Positions 10,673 through 20,107 of a DNA stretch of 64,000 bases are shown here, piece after piece; position 1 is the first letter of the stretch, and every line of letters starts with the position of its first letter. The notes under the pieces are model-generated. The model saw only the letters and a program-made list of their open reading frames with translations, ran no database searches and had not been told where the DNA came from. Made by a program: the position numbers and the translations under genes. Source of the DNA: Candidatus Cloacimonadota bacterium (GTDB taxonomy: Bacteria > Cloacimonadota > Cloacimonadia > G963667145); contig OY781092.1 of assembly GCA_963676615.1 (NCBI GenBank), positions 416,001 to 480,000 on the forward strand, given 5' to 3'.

Positions 10673-10748
10673 GTCCCGTTCGTCTAGTGGCCTAGGACTC
10701 CAGGTTTTCATCCTGGCAACAGGGGTTCAATTCCCCTACGGGATGCCA
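10673..10748 (+). tRNA. tRNA-Glu(TTC)
   Basis: Cloverleaf; CCAGG-TTTTCAT-CCTGG anticodon arm; encoded CCA. Confidence 0.95.
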
Positions 10749-10864
10749 TTTTTTTTGTAATAAATACCTTTTTTCGAGTTAACACTTGCGGGCAGGTATT
10801 TTTTTTTAGCTTAATATTTGTTAATAATTTGAAGGGAATTATCGAAAATTTTTGTGGAGGAATT

Positions 10865-11851
10865 ATGACGATAGAAGAGTTAAACAGCTGCGTGGCAGAG
10901 AGTTGCGTGAAGATAAATAATCTTGAGCAGGAGATCAAAAAAGTGATCGTCGGGCAAGATTATATGATAAAGCGGGTCTTGATTGGGCTTCTCACGGGCG
11001 GTCACATTTTGCTAGAGGGCGTTCCTGGACTTGCCAAAACTTTGGCGATTAGCACCACTGCCAAGGCGGTGAAAGCTTCTTTCTCCCGAATTCAATTTAC
11101 TCCCGATTTGCTGCCTGCGGATATTATGGGAACGATGATTTACAACCAAAAAACGGGGGAGTTCAATCCAAAATTGGGTCCAGTTTTTGCGAATTTTGTG
11201 CTTGCGGACGAGATAAACAGAGCGCCAGCCAAGGTGCAGGCGGCTTTGCTAGAGGCGATGCAAGAAAAACAGGTGACCATCGGCGATAGCACCTATAAAT
11301 TGGAAGCGCCTTTTTTGGTGATGGCCACGCAAAATCCGCTGGATCAAGAGGGAACTTATCCGCTTCCAGAGGCGCAGATGGACAGGTTTATGCTGAAGCT
11401 GAAAGTTGACTATCCGACCAAAGAGCAGGAGCGGCTTGTGCTGGAGCGGATGATTGGTCAGGAGATTTTGGAAGTTGCGCCAGTGATTTCGCCAGAGGAG
11501 CTACTGCAGATGAAGCAGATTGTCGGGCAGATTTACATCGAGCAAAAGGTGAAAGATTACATTTTGGACTTGGTGTTCGCCACCAGAGAGCCGCAAAATT
11601 ACGAAAATTTGAAAGATTTGCAAGATTTGATCGAATGCGGAGTTTCGCCTCGGGCGACGATAAATTTGGCTGTGGCAGCGCGGGCGCACGCATTTTTGAA
11701 CGGTCGCGGCTTTGTGACGCCAGACGATGTGAAAGCTATAGGAAAAGATGTTTTGCGGCATCGCCTGATTTTGTCATACGAAGCGGAAGCCGAGCAGATA
11801 ACGGTTGAGGATATTATCGCTAGAGTTTTTGGTGAAATTCAAGTTCCGTAA
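10865..11851 (+). CDS. moxR: MoxR-family AAA+ ATPase
   Basis: EGVPGLAKT, RIQFTPDLLP, LADEINRA and ATQNP motifs; GGAGG RBS before ATG 10865. Confidence 0.95.
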   Translation: MTIEELNSCVAESCVKINNLEQEIKKVIVGQDYMIKRVLIGLLTGGHILLEGVPGLAKTLAISTTAKAVKASFSRIQFTPDLLPADIMGTMIYNQKTGEFNPKLGPVFANFVLADEINRAPAKVQAALLEAMQEKQVTIGDSTYKLEAPFLVMATQNPLDQEGTYPLPEAQMDRFMLKLKVDYPTKEQERLVLERMIGQEILEVAPVISPEELLQMKQIVGQIYIEQKVKDYILDLVFATREPQNYENLKDLQDLIECGVSPRATINLAVAARAHAFLNGRGFVTPDDVKAIGKDVLRHRLILSYEAEAEQITVEDIIARVFGEIQVP

Positions 11852-11872
11852 AAAATAGTTTCTTTTTTTATT

Positions 11873-12748
11873 ATGGAAACCAAAGATATTCTCAAAAAAA
11901 TCCGCAAGATTGAGATTTCGACCAAAGATATTGTTGCCGACATTTTTGCAGGCGAATATCATAGCATTTTTAAGGGTCAAGGTCTTGAGTTTAGCGAGGT
12001 GCGGCAGTATCAGGACGGCGATAGTTTTCGGCAAATCGACTGGAATGTCTCGGCGAAAATGGACTACCCTTACATCAAAAAATTCGAGGAGACAAGGGAG
12101 CTAAACATCGTCTTTTTGGTCGATGGCTCTGCGTCAACTTTGTTCGGGACGCACTCCAATCTCAAGTCTGAATATATCACCGAGCTCACGGCAGTGCTTG
12201 CTTTTTCGGCACTTTCTAACAATGATAAAGTCGGTTTGATGCTTTTTTGCGATGGTGTCGAAGATTACATTCCTGCCAAAAAAGGCAAAAAGTCTATCTT
12301 GCGGATTTTGAGCAAAATTTTGCAATTTTCTCCAAAAAATAAGTCCACAAATCTTGGCGAGGCGATCAAATTTTTTATGCAAGTGACCAAAAAAAGGAGT
12401 GTTGTTTTTATCATTTCTGACTTTTTGGACGAAAACTTTTTGAAGCCTCTTTCGATTTTGTCGCAAAAGCACGATGTGGTGGCTTTGCGGGTTTTGGATC
12501 AAGCGGAGAAGGAGTTGCCGCGCGCAGGAATTTTGGATTTTTTCGATCCAGAGACTGGCGAAAATTTTGTGGTGAACAGTTTTATTGCCAAAAAGCGAAA
12601 ACTTTTTGCCGATTTGGTTGCGGAAAAAGAGCAGGAGCTAGACACGAGTTTCAAAAAAATCAAGGTCGATTTGCTGACGATGCTCACTAGCGAGTCGTAT
12701 ATCAAAGAGCTTATGAAATTTTTCAAAGAGAGGGCTAGGCGAAGATGA
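11873..12748 (+). CDS. DUF58 domain protein
   Basis: GQGLEFSEVRQYQ.GD..RQIDWNV motif; follows moxR. Confidence 0.92.
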   Translation: METKDILKKIRKIEISTKDIVADIFAGEYHSIFKGQGLEFSEVRQYQDGDSFRQIDWNVSAKMDYPYIKKFEETRELNIVFLVDGSASTLFGTHSNLKSEYITELTAVLAFSALSNNDKVGLMLFCDGVEDYIPAKKGKKSILRILSKILQFSPKNKSTNLGEAIKFFMQVTKKRSVVFIISDFLDENFLKPLSILSQKHDVVALRVLDQAEKELPRAGILDFFDPETGENFVVNSFIAKKRKLFADLVAEKEQELDTSFKKIKVDLLTMLTSESYIKELMKFFKERARRR

Positions 12749-13671
12749 GCAAGAAATTCGTGACGATTTTTGGGATTTTTGCTTTTGGTGTCGCTCTTTT
12801 TGGCAATCAGCCTTGGCAGATAAAAGCTCCCGATTCTTTGCAAGTGGGGACGATTTTTTCTGCGGAGTTGCTTTTGCCCGGCGCCGATGCGGGAAGCAGT
12901 TTGGACGGACAGCCGCAGGTCGCCGTGCCTGTTTACGACACTTTGGAGGGTCTGTCGCTTTTGGGGCTGAAGCTTGTTCCTGCTGCCGATGGAGTAAAGT
13001 TGCAGCACCAGTTTATCTTCACTAGTGGTGGTTTGATCAGCTTGCCCGAGCTGCAGTTCGAGTATCAAGACGAAAATCAACAGCAGAAAAAAATCACCAG
13101 CCAGTCGTATCCTTTTGTGGTTCACTCGCTTTTGGACACGACGGTCAAGGATATCAGCGACATTAGGCCTCCGATTTCGGTGTTTTTGGGAGTGAAAGAT
13201 TACTTGGTTTTAGGCTTTTGTTTGCTGATTTTGGTGCTTCTTGGGAAATATTTACCGCATTTTTGGCGAAAAAAACAACAAAGTTTGGAAGAGCAAAGGG
13301 TTATCGATGATCGACCCGCGTGGCAAGTGGGTTTGGACTCTTTGGCAAGTGCGAAAAAGTTTTTGGACAAGGGTGAGCTTTTGGACTATTTTTTTGCACT
13401 TTCGTTTGCTTTGCGATTTTTTTTGGAGCGGTCGTATTCGATTTCGGCGACGCAAATGACTACCGACGAGTTGCGGGGAGTCGTGAGGTTGCCAAATATG
13501 AGCCAGCATAACAAGCTTTTCGAGATTTTTGCTTATGCCGATTTGGTGAAGTTCGCTAAATATGCAGGCGATATTTCGCTGGCAAGAGATTACTACGCTT
13601 GGGCGCACGAGCTTTTTTTGACTGCGAAAAAAGAGAGCCAGAGGCAAGAAAAGGAGCCAGGCGATGTTTAG
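12745..13671 (+). CDS. Bat-operon membrane-anchored hypothetical protein
   Basis: Signal peptide, single TM, MTTDEL and ADLVKFAKY motifs typical of the gene between DUF58 and batA. Confidence 0.75.
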   Translation: MSKKFVTIFGIFAFGVALFGNQPWQIKAPDSLQVGTIFSAELLLPGADAGSSLDGQPQVAVPVYDTLEGLSLLGLKLVPAADGVKLQHQFIFTSGGLISLPELQFEYQDENQQQKKITSQSYPFVVHSLLDTTVKDISDIRPPISVFLGVKDYLVLGFCLLILVLLGKYLPHFWRKKQQSLEEQRVIDDRPAWQVGLDSLASAKKFLDKGELLDYFFALSFALRFFLERSYSISATQMTTDELRGVVRLPNMSQHNKLFEIFAYADLVKFAKYAGDISLARDYYAWAHELFLTAKKESQRQEKEPGDV

Positions 13672-14650
13672 AGATCCGCAATATTTGTGGGCGCTTTTGG
13701 TTTTGCTGCCAGTGCTTTTTTTTGAGTTTTTTTATCGTCGCCGCCACAAACGGAGGCTGCCTTATACGAGAATTAACCTGCTTAGGCAAGTTTATAAGAG
13801 GTCGTCTTTGTGGCGATTTTTGCCGCTGGCTTTGCGGATTTTGGCGATTGTGGCGCTTATTTTGGCGCTGGCTCGTCCTCGTTCTGCACGAAAAAAGACG
13901 AAAGTTACAGGCGAGGGCATCGATATTGTGCTGACGCTGGATGTTTCGGGCTCGATGCAGGCTGTGGATTTGAAGCCGACCAACCGTTTGCAGGCGGCTA
14001 AAAAGGTGGCTGAGAACTTTTTGTCAAAGAGGAAGAACGACAAAATCGGCTTGGTAACTTTTTCCGATTATGCCTTCACTGCTTGCCCGCTCACCCTAGA
14101 TTATGCGCTCTTGTCGCAAATTATTCAAAATTTACAAATCGACAAATCGGCGCAAGGAACGGCTATCGGGCTTGGTTTAGCCACCGCCGTGGGACGCCTG
14201 CGAGACAGCAAAGGCAAATCGAAAGTGATAATTTTGATCACAGACGGCAGGAACAATGCGGGCGATATTAGCCCCGTGGAAGCCGCCGAACTGGCTGCCA
14301 CTTATGGGATTAAGGTGTATCCGATAGGCATCGGCAAAGAGGGTTTGGTCGATTATCCGTATCAAAATATGTTTGGGCAGACGGTTTATCAGAAGGTGGA
14401 TATTCCCATCGATATGGCGACTTTGGACGAGATTGCCAAAATCACGGGGACGACAATCGCTAGACGAGCGCAGAGCACCAAAGAGCTGGAGCAGATTTTC
14501 GCTCGCATCGACAAATTGGAAAAGTCGAAGTATGAGATCAAAAATTATTACGAATACAAAGAAAAATTTTGGATATTTTTAGGACTGGCTTTTTTGTTTA
14601 TGTTGCTGGAGTTCGTTTTGCGAGTGCCGCTAAAAATTTTTCTGCCGTAG
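13664..14650 (+). CDS. batA: VWA domain protein BatA
   Basis: N-terminal BatA TM (ALARP), MIDAS DVSGSM, PLTLDY, GTAIG and ITDG. Confidence 0.9.
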   Translation: MFRDPQYLWALLVLLPVLFFEFFYRRRHKRRLPYTRINLLRQVYKRSSLWRFLPLALRILAIVALILALARPRSARKKTKVTGEGIDIVLTLDVSGSMQAVDLKPTNRLQAAKKVAENFLSKRKNDKIGLVTFSDYAFTACPLTLDYALLSQIIQNLQIDKSAQGTAIGLGLATAVGRLRDSKGKSKVIILITDGRNNAGDISPVEAAELAATYGIKVYPIGIGKEGLVDYPYQNMFGQTVYQKVDIPIDMATLDEIAKITGTTIARRAQSTKELEQIFARIDKLEKSKYEIKNYYEYKEKFWIFLGLAFLFMLLEFVLRVPLKIFLP

Positions 14651-14677
14651 AAAAATTATGAAAGATGAGATTTTGTT

Positions 14678-15682
14678 ATGAAGTTTGAGTATCAATATTT
14701 TTTGTTTTTGCTGGCGCTTTTGCCGATTTTTGGCTTGCTGGTTGTTTTCAGCAAAAAAATATTTTTGCGTTATTTCCGCGAGTTTGCCCAAGAAAAATTT
14801 TGCTCCTACTATCTGAAAGACAGGTTTAACTACATCTGGAAAATCAAAAATCTTTTGTTTTTGGTGTCGTTCTTTTTTTTGATAATCGCGTTGGCTGCGC
14901 CAAAATGGGACAGACAGACCGAAAAAATTGAGCAAGAGGGCGTGGATATTGCCATTTGTGTGGATGTCAGCAAAAGTATGAACGCTTCAGACATTTCGCC
15001 TTCACGCCTTGCACGAGCCAAAGATTTAATCAACCTTTTTGTCGATCAGTTGCCGGGCGACAGGGTCTCGCTCATTCCGTTTGCGGGAGTTGCCAAAATT
15101 CAGTGTCCGCTGACGAACGACTATTCGACTTTTAGGCTGTTTGTGGAGCTGCTGAACACCAATTTGATAAAAAAATATGGGACGAATATTGCCGACGCTT
15201 TGCAAAAGGCGAGCACGGTTTTGACGGGCAAGCAGAAGATTGTGCTGCTGATTTCCGACGGCGAAAATCTTGCGGGGAATGTCGCCGATATTGCCAAAAC
15301 GCTCAAGGCGCAAGGCATCCGTGTCTATTGCGTGGGCGTTGGCACGCCGCTGGGCAGTGCGGTGATCGATCAAAATTCTGGCGGTAAGTATATCAAGGAC
15401 GACAAGGGGAACATCGTGCAGTCGAAGCTGGATATGACGACTTTGGCGACTTTGGCGGAAGCCACGGGCGGTCGTGCTTATTCGATTACGCCAAATCAGT
15501 CGGAAATTTACACGATTTTGAACGACATAAACAAGCTCGAAAAGAGTAAGTTCGCCAACAAATTGCACACGGTTTATAAGCATCAATATTTCTATTTTGC
15601 TTTTTTGGCGCTTTTGTTTTTGCTGGTGGAGTTTTTCGTTTTTCGCTGTCCAACGCTCAATAAAGATAGGTTTTTGAATTGA
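14678..15682 (+). CDS. batB: VWA domain protein BatB
   Basis: DVSKSM, PSRL, PLTND, ISDGE and GVGT motifs. Confidence 0.88.
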   Translation: MKFEYQYFLFLLALLPIFGLLVVFSKKIFLRYFREFAQEKFCSYYLKDRFNYIWKIKNLLFLVSFFFLIIALAAPKWDRQTEKIEQEGVDIAICVDVSKSMNASDISPSRLARAKDLINLFVDQLPGDRVSLIPFAGVAKIQCPLTNDYSTFRLFVELLNTNLIKKYGTNIADALQKASTVLTGKQKIVLLISDGENLAGNVADIAKTLKAQGIRVYCVGVGTPLGSAVIDQNSGGKYIKDDKGNIVQSKLDMTTLATLAEATGGRAYSITPNQSEIYTILNDINKLEKSKFANKLHTVYKHQYFYFAFLALLFLLVEFFVFRCPTLNKDRFLN

Positions 15683-15684
15683 TT

Positions 15685-16551
15685 ATGAAAAAAAAAATAG
15701 CTGTAATTTTACTTTTTTCTTTTGGATTGCTTTTCGGTTTGGATTTTGACAAAGTTTATCATAACTATTTGGGAAAGCGCGATTTCGAGAAACAAAATTT
15801 TAAGTCTGCTCAGGAAAATTTTGCCAAAAGTTTGCTCGATGGTTCGCCAAAAAACGGCGTTGCGCATTTTAATTTGGGCGATAGTTATTACAAAAATGAA
15901 GATTACGACAAGGCGATTGCGGAGTATAGCGCCGCTTTGCTGGACAAAGATTTTGCGCAAAAATCTTTTGCGAACCAAAATATTGGAAACGCTTTTTTTA
16001 AAAAGGGCGATTTTGAGAAGGCGAAGAAGGCGTATATTCAGGCAATTCGGCAAGACCCGAACAACTATCAGGCGCGGCTGAATTTGGAGATTGCCCAAAA
16101 GATGCAACAAGAGCAGCAAAAGCAGCAGCATAATTCGGAACAGAATCAGGACAAACAGCAGCAGGATAAGCAGCAAAAGCAAGATAAGAGCGGCGACAAG
16201 CAAAATAAGGAGCAGCAAAAGGGTCAGCAGAAGGAAAGTCCGCAAAATCAAGAGAAAAATCAGCAGCAAAAAGACGGGCAGGAAAAAGATTCCCAAAAGA
16301 AGCAAAACGAGCAGCAGAAGTCTGGCGAAAAAAAAGATGAGAAAAAGCAAGACGAATTGCAGCAAAAAGAAGATTTGAAACAGGACGAAAAGCAGGAGAA
16401 AAATCAGCAAGAGAAGGCGAAAAAACGGGAGTCGATTAAAAAAAAGATGGCGGATAAAAAAATCGATAAGATTTTGAATAAGGAAAAGATGTTGCGGTTG
16501 GAGCGGTCGAAGCAAAAAGGAGAGGTGCCAGCGAATGGGAAATATTGGTAA
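15685..16551 (+). CDS. batC: TPR protein BatC with Q/K/E-rich linker
   Basis: TPR motifs (FNLG..YY, NIGNAFF, ARLNLE), low-complexity linker, C-terminal W. Confidence 0.82.
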   Translation: MKKKIAVILLFSFGLLFGLDFDKVYHNYLGKRDFEKQNFKSAQENFAKSLLDGSPKNGVAHFNLGDSYYKNEDYDKAIAEYSAALLDKDFAQKSFANQNIGNAFFKKGDFEKAKKAYIQAIRQDPNNYQARLNLEIAQKMQQEQQKQQHNSEQNQDKQQQDKQQKQDKSGDKQNKEQQKGQQKESPQNQEKNQQQKDGQEKDSQKKQNEQQKSGEKKDEKKQDELQQKEDLKQDEKQEKNQQEKAKKRESIKKKMADKKIDKILNKEKMLRLERSKQKGEVPANGKYW

Positions 16552-18238
16552 GAAGTGGCTTGCGATTTTCGTTTTTAGTTGCGGGTTTGCGTGGCTTTTT
16601 GGCAACGATTTTAGCGCGAGTGTGGATCGCACGAGTTTGTCTATTCACGAGGAGCTGGTGCTGACTTTGCAGGTGGTGGAGACGGACAAAGATATGCCAG
16701 AGCCGTCGCTTTCGAATTTGGCTGGTTTCAAGGTTATCGGCAAATCGAACTACACTTCTACGAGCTATCGGCTGGTGAACGGCGAGAGTTCAAAAAATAA
16801 GACGATTAGTTATAAATACACTTTGATGCCGACGAAAGTGGGCACGCTGAGCATTCCTGCGCAAAAGTTGGTGGCTGGGGCAGAGATTTATACGACCAAG
16901 CCGATTAAAATCACGGTGACCAAAAATCCAGCGAAGGCGACCAAGTCCAACAGTTCGCCGCTTTATATCAAGACGAATTTGAGCAAAAAGTCTGCTTATG
17001 TGGGCGAGAAAATTTTGATTAGCTATTTCGTTTACACGCGCTATAATGTTTCTGGGCTGCGGAAAGTGACTGACCCGGTTTTTGATGGATTTTGGAGCAA
17101 GCAAACTTTTGCGGCAAACCAGGTGAACTTTACGCAAAACATCGTCAACGGCGTGATTTATGGGAAAATGCACCTCGCCTCGTATCAGCTTTCTCCGCAA
17201 AAAGCGGGCAAGTTGGAGATTACGCCGATGGTTTTGACGGCGTCTGTGCGTGTGGATGGCGACGATTTTTTCAGCTTTGGCAGAACCAAAGATTATCGTT
17301 TGGTGAGTCAGCCGCAGGAGGTTGTCGTCAAAAATTTGCCAGCTGGACCAGCCGATTTTGCGGGCTCCATCGGAGAGTTTGAGGTGAGCTCGTCTGTTAG
17401 TTCCACCAGCGTAGATGCTGGCGACGCAATAACTTACACGATTAAAGTTACTGGAAATGGCAATTTTGTGGACGATTTCCCAGAGTTCGCCCGAAACGAA
17501 AATTGCCGCTTTGCTGCGCCAGAGATAACCAGCAAAGAGGGGCTGAACCAAGCCAAATATATGGTCATCGCCAAAAAAGTGGGGAGCTTTACCATTCCAT
17601 CGACAACTTTTTGGTTTTTTTCGCCTGAAACTGGAAAATACAAAAAACTGACCACGAAGCAGATCCGAATTAAAGTTCGTGAAAATAAAGAAAACTTCGC
17701 TCAGTTTCAGTCTGGCGCAGGAGCAACGACTGTGAAAAAAAGCGGCGAGGATATCGATTTTATCGTCACAAATCCGAAATTGACCAAGGAAAATATCTGG
17801 TTGAGCGACTATCGTTATTGGCTGGCTTGTATTTTGGTGGTTTTATTTTCTGTGATTTTTGCTAAAATTTTGCAGGTGAAAAGAGCGAAAAATTTTGACC
17901 AAAGTTATCTGAGACGAAAAAGTTCCGAAAAGATTTTCAAAAAATATATCAAAGATGCGGCAAAATTGGCAAACGCTAACAGTTTAGAGTTTTATCCTGC
18001 TGCTCACAAAGGACTTATGCACTATCTGCGGGATATGTTGTCGCTGGATAAATCGGTGACGAGCCAAGAGATTTACGATGTTTTGGCAGAAAATGGCGTC
18101 GAAGCGGAGCTGCTTGCTCGGGTGAAAGATTTGAATACGAAGTTTGAGCAGGCGCGGTTTATGCCTGGGGCGATGACGAATATCAAAGAAGATTATCGAA
18201 AATTGGTTGAGCTTCTGAAAAAGTTGGGCAAGGTTTGA
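16535..18238 (+). CDS. batD: BatD family protein
   Basis: Signal peptide, repeated Ig-like BatD domains, TM, C-terminal ARFMP. Confidence 0.82.
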   Translation: MGNIGKKWLAIFVFSCGFAWLFGNDFSASVDRTSLSIHEELVLTLQVVETDKDMPEPSLSNLAGFKVIGKSNYTSTSYRLVNGESSKNKTISYKYTLMPTKVGTLSIPAQKLVAGAEIYTTKPIKITVTKNPAKATKSNSSPLYIKTNLSKKSAYVGEKILISYFVYTRYNVSGLRKVTDPVFDGFWSKQTFAANQVNFTQNIVNGVIYGKMHLASYQLSPQKAGKLEITPMVLTASVRVDGDDFFSFGRTKDYRLVSQPQEVVVKNLPAGPADFAGSIGEFEVSSSVSSTSVDAGDAITYTIKVTGNGNFVDDFPEFARNENCRFAAPEITSKEGLNQAKYMVIAKKVGSFTIPSTTFWFFSPETGKYKKLTTKQIRIKVRENKENFAQFQSGAGATTVKKSGEDIDFIVTNPKLTKENIWLSDYRYWLACILVVLFSVIFAKILQVKRAKNFDQSYLRRKSSEKIFKKYIKDAAKLANANSLEFYPAAHKGLMHYLRDMLSLDKSVTSQEIYDVLAENGVEAELLARVKDLNTKFEQARFMPGAMTNIKEDYRKLVELLKKLGKV

Positions 18239-19476
18239 GCTATTTTTTGATAAGCCTTGGCTGCCCCAAAAATTTGGTGGATAGCGAAAGGTTCAAGGCG
18301 ATTTTGGAAAACGGCGGTCAAACTTCAGTCCAAGCGCTGGAAGATGCCGATTTTGTGATTGTCAACACTTGCGCCTTCATCAATTCCGCCAAAGAGGAAG
18401 CTATTCAGACGATTTTGCAGGCGAGCGCTGATAAAAAAAAGTCGGCAAAACTTATCGTTACGGGGTGTTTTGTGCGGCGCTATAAAGCGGAGCTGCAGCG
18501 TGAAATTCCCGAGATAGATTTTTTGGTCGATTTAAAAGATTTTGCCGAGTTTGCCAAGATTTTGGCGACGGCGCCAGTGGAGCAGCGGGCGTTGCTCACG
18601 CCAAAGCATTACGCATATTTGCGGATAAGTGACGGTTGCGACAACTTTTGTAGCTATTGCGCGATTCCGTATATTCGGGGAAAATTCACCAGCAGAAGCG
18701 TTGAAGATTTGCTGGCAGAGGCGGAAGTTTTGGCGAAGATGGGCGTCAAGGAGCTGATTGTCACGGCTCAAGATATCTGCTTGTATGGCAAAGACTTATA
18801 TGGGCAGGTGCGACTTTTGGAGCTTTTGGAAAAACTTTGCGCTGTTCAGGGAATCGAGTGGATTAGGCTTTTGTATCTGCATCCTGACCATTTGCGCAAG
18901 GAGTTTATCGATTTCATTTTTGCTCAGCCCAAAATTTGCAACTATTTTGAAGTGCCGTTTCAGCACGCTAGCGACAAGATTTTGCGGGCGATGAATCGCA
19001 AAAAAGGGAAGGACGAAATTCAGAAATTGCTGGACTATATTCGCTCTTTTTCGCAAGAAAAGGCGGTTCGGACGACTTTTATCACGGGTTTCCCAGGAGA
19101 AAGTGAGCAAGATTTTGTGACGCTAAAAGATTTTGTCCAAAAAAATAGCTTCGATAAGATGGGCGTGTTCGCTTATTCCAAAGAGGAAGGCACGGCTGCT
19201 TTCGATTTTTGCAAAGAAGTGGACGCCGAGCTGGCAGCCGAGCGAGCCGATATTTTGATGAGCGAGCAGATTGATATCTCTCGTGCGAACCTGAAAAGGT
19301 TTGTTGGGCAAGAGCTAGAGGTGATTTTGGACGAGAAAAATATCGCTCGTAGCAAGTTCGATGCTCCCGAAATCGATGGCGTTGTCTATCTGGACGATGA
19401 GCGTGAAGTTGGCTCGATCCAAAAAGTCAAAATTGTTGATAGCTTTGAATACGACTTGGTTGGTGAGCTGGTTTAG
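18235..19476 (+). CDS. rimO: ribosomal protein S12 methylthiotransferase RimO
   Basis: SLGCPKNLVDSE, NTCAFI, radical SAM CDNFCSYC, DAPEIDG TRAM region. Confidence 0.95.
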   Translation: MSYFLISLGCPKNLVDSERFKAILENGGQTSVQALEDADFVIVNTCAFINSAKEEAIQTILQASADKKKSAKLIVTGCFVRRYKAELQREIPEIDFLVDLKDFAEFAKILATAPVEQRALLTPKHYAYLRISDGCDNFCSYCAIPYIRGKFTSRSVEDLLAEAEVLAKMGVKELIVTAQDICLYGKDLYGQVRLLELLEKLCAVQGIEWIRLLYLHPDHLRKEFIDFIFAQPKICNYFEVPFQHASDKILRAMNRKKGKDEIQKLLDYIRSFSQEKAVRTTFITGFPGESEQDFVTLKDFVQKNSFDKMGVFAYSKEEGTAAFDFCKEVDAELAAERADILMSEQIDISRANLKRFVGQELEVILDEKNIARSKFDAPEIDGVVYLDDEREVGSIQKVKIVDSFEYDLVGELV

Positions 19477-19511
19477 AAGTTTTAGCACTCTTTTTTATTT
19501 TTCAAAAAAAC

Positions 19512-19535
19512 CTTGACCGAAGAAATATGGTCAAG
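19512..19535 (+). promoter_or_regulatory. inverted repeat CTTGACC-N10-GGTCAAG overlapping a putative -35 of the TA operon
   Basis: Perfect 7-bp inverted repeat containing TTGACC, about 35 nt upstream of the antitoxin ATG. Confidence 0.45.
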
Positions 19536-19570
19536 AATATGCGAAAAGTATGTATTTTTAGGGAGAGAAA

Positions 19571-19786
19571 ATGGATGCCAAAAAATTGACTGTGACTTTG
19601 CCCGCAGAAACAGCTGAGGAGTTGACTATTTTCGCGCGTGAGCTTAGCGAGAAAAAAAGTCGGATTGTTGCGGAAGCTTTGACTCTTTATTTTGACATAA
19701 AAGATTCTGAATTGGCAGAAATCAGATTGAAAAATAGAGAGGAAACCTACACTCTAGAGGAGATTGAGCGAGAATTAAATCTATGA
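19571..19786 (+). CDS. RHH/CopG-type antitoxin
   Basis: N-terminal beta-helix-helix pattern, C-terminal YTLEEIERELNL; overlaps the RelE-like gene. Confidence 0.8.
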   Translation: MDAKKLTVTLPAETAEELTIFARELSEKKSRIVAEALTLYFDIKDSELAEIRLKNREETYTLEEIERELNL

Positions 19787-20046
19787 AATACAAAATTGTT
19801 TTCATAAAAAAAGCCAGAAAAGAGCTTTTGAAAATAGATTTGGTTTGGCAAAAGCGGATTGTGGATAAGTTAAAATTGTTGGCGGAAAATCCAGCTTTGG
19901 TGGCTGGGAGTGTAAAAAGGCTTATTGGCAAAGGCAGCGAAAAATATCGGCTTAGAGTTGGTAATTATCGAGTGATTTATGTCAAAGAGGACGATTTTTT
20001 TGTGATAACGATAGTTCGAATTGCCCATCGGAAAGAGGTTTACTAA
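19783..20046 (+). CDS. RelE/ParE family toxin
   Basis: YRLRVGNYRVIY and IAHRKEVY motifs. Confidence 0.92.
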   Translation: MKYKIVFIKKARKELLKIDLVWQKRIVDKLKLLAENPALVAGSVKRLIGKGSEKYRLRVGNYRVIYVKEDDFFVITIVRIAHRKEVY

Positions 20047-20062
20047 ATTTTTGCAAAAAAAC

Positions 20063-20098
20063 AAGAGCAGTATCGCCAAAAACGACACTGCTCTTTTT
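20063..20098. terminator. probable bidirectional terminator between convergent genes
   Basis: AAGAGCAGT...ACTGCTCTT stem with an A run before and a T run after. Confidence 0.65.
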
Positions 20099-20107
20099 AT
20101 GTGGTTT

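Noticed and set aside
10582..10860. tRNA-Lys/Glu as an island integration site
   Set aside because: No integrase or duplicated tRNA 3' end seen; core genes on both sides.
15709..16632. 307-aa Leu/Phe-rich minus-strand ORF
   Set aside because: Antisense mirror of the low-complexity Q/K-rich batC linker.
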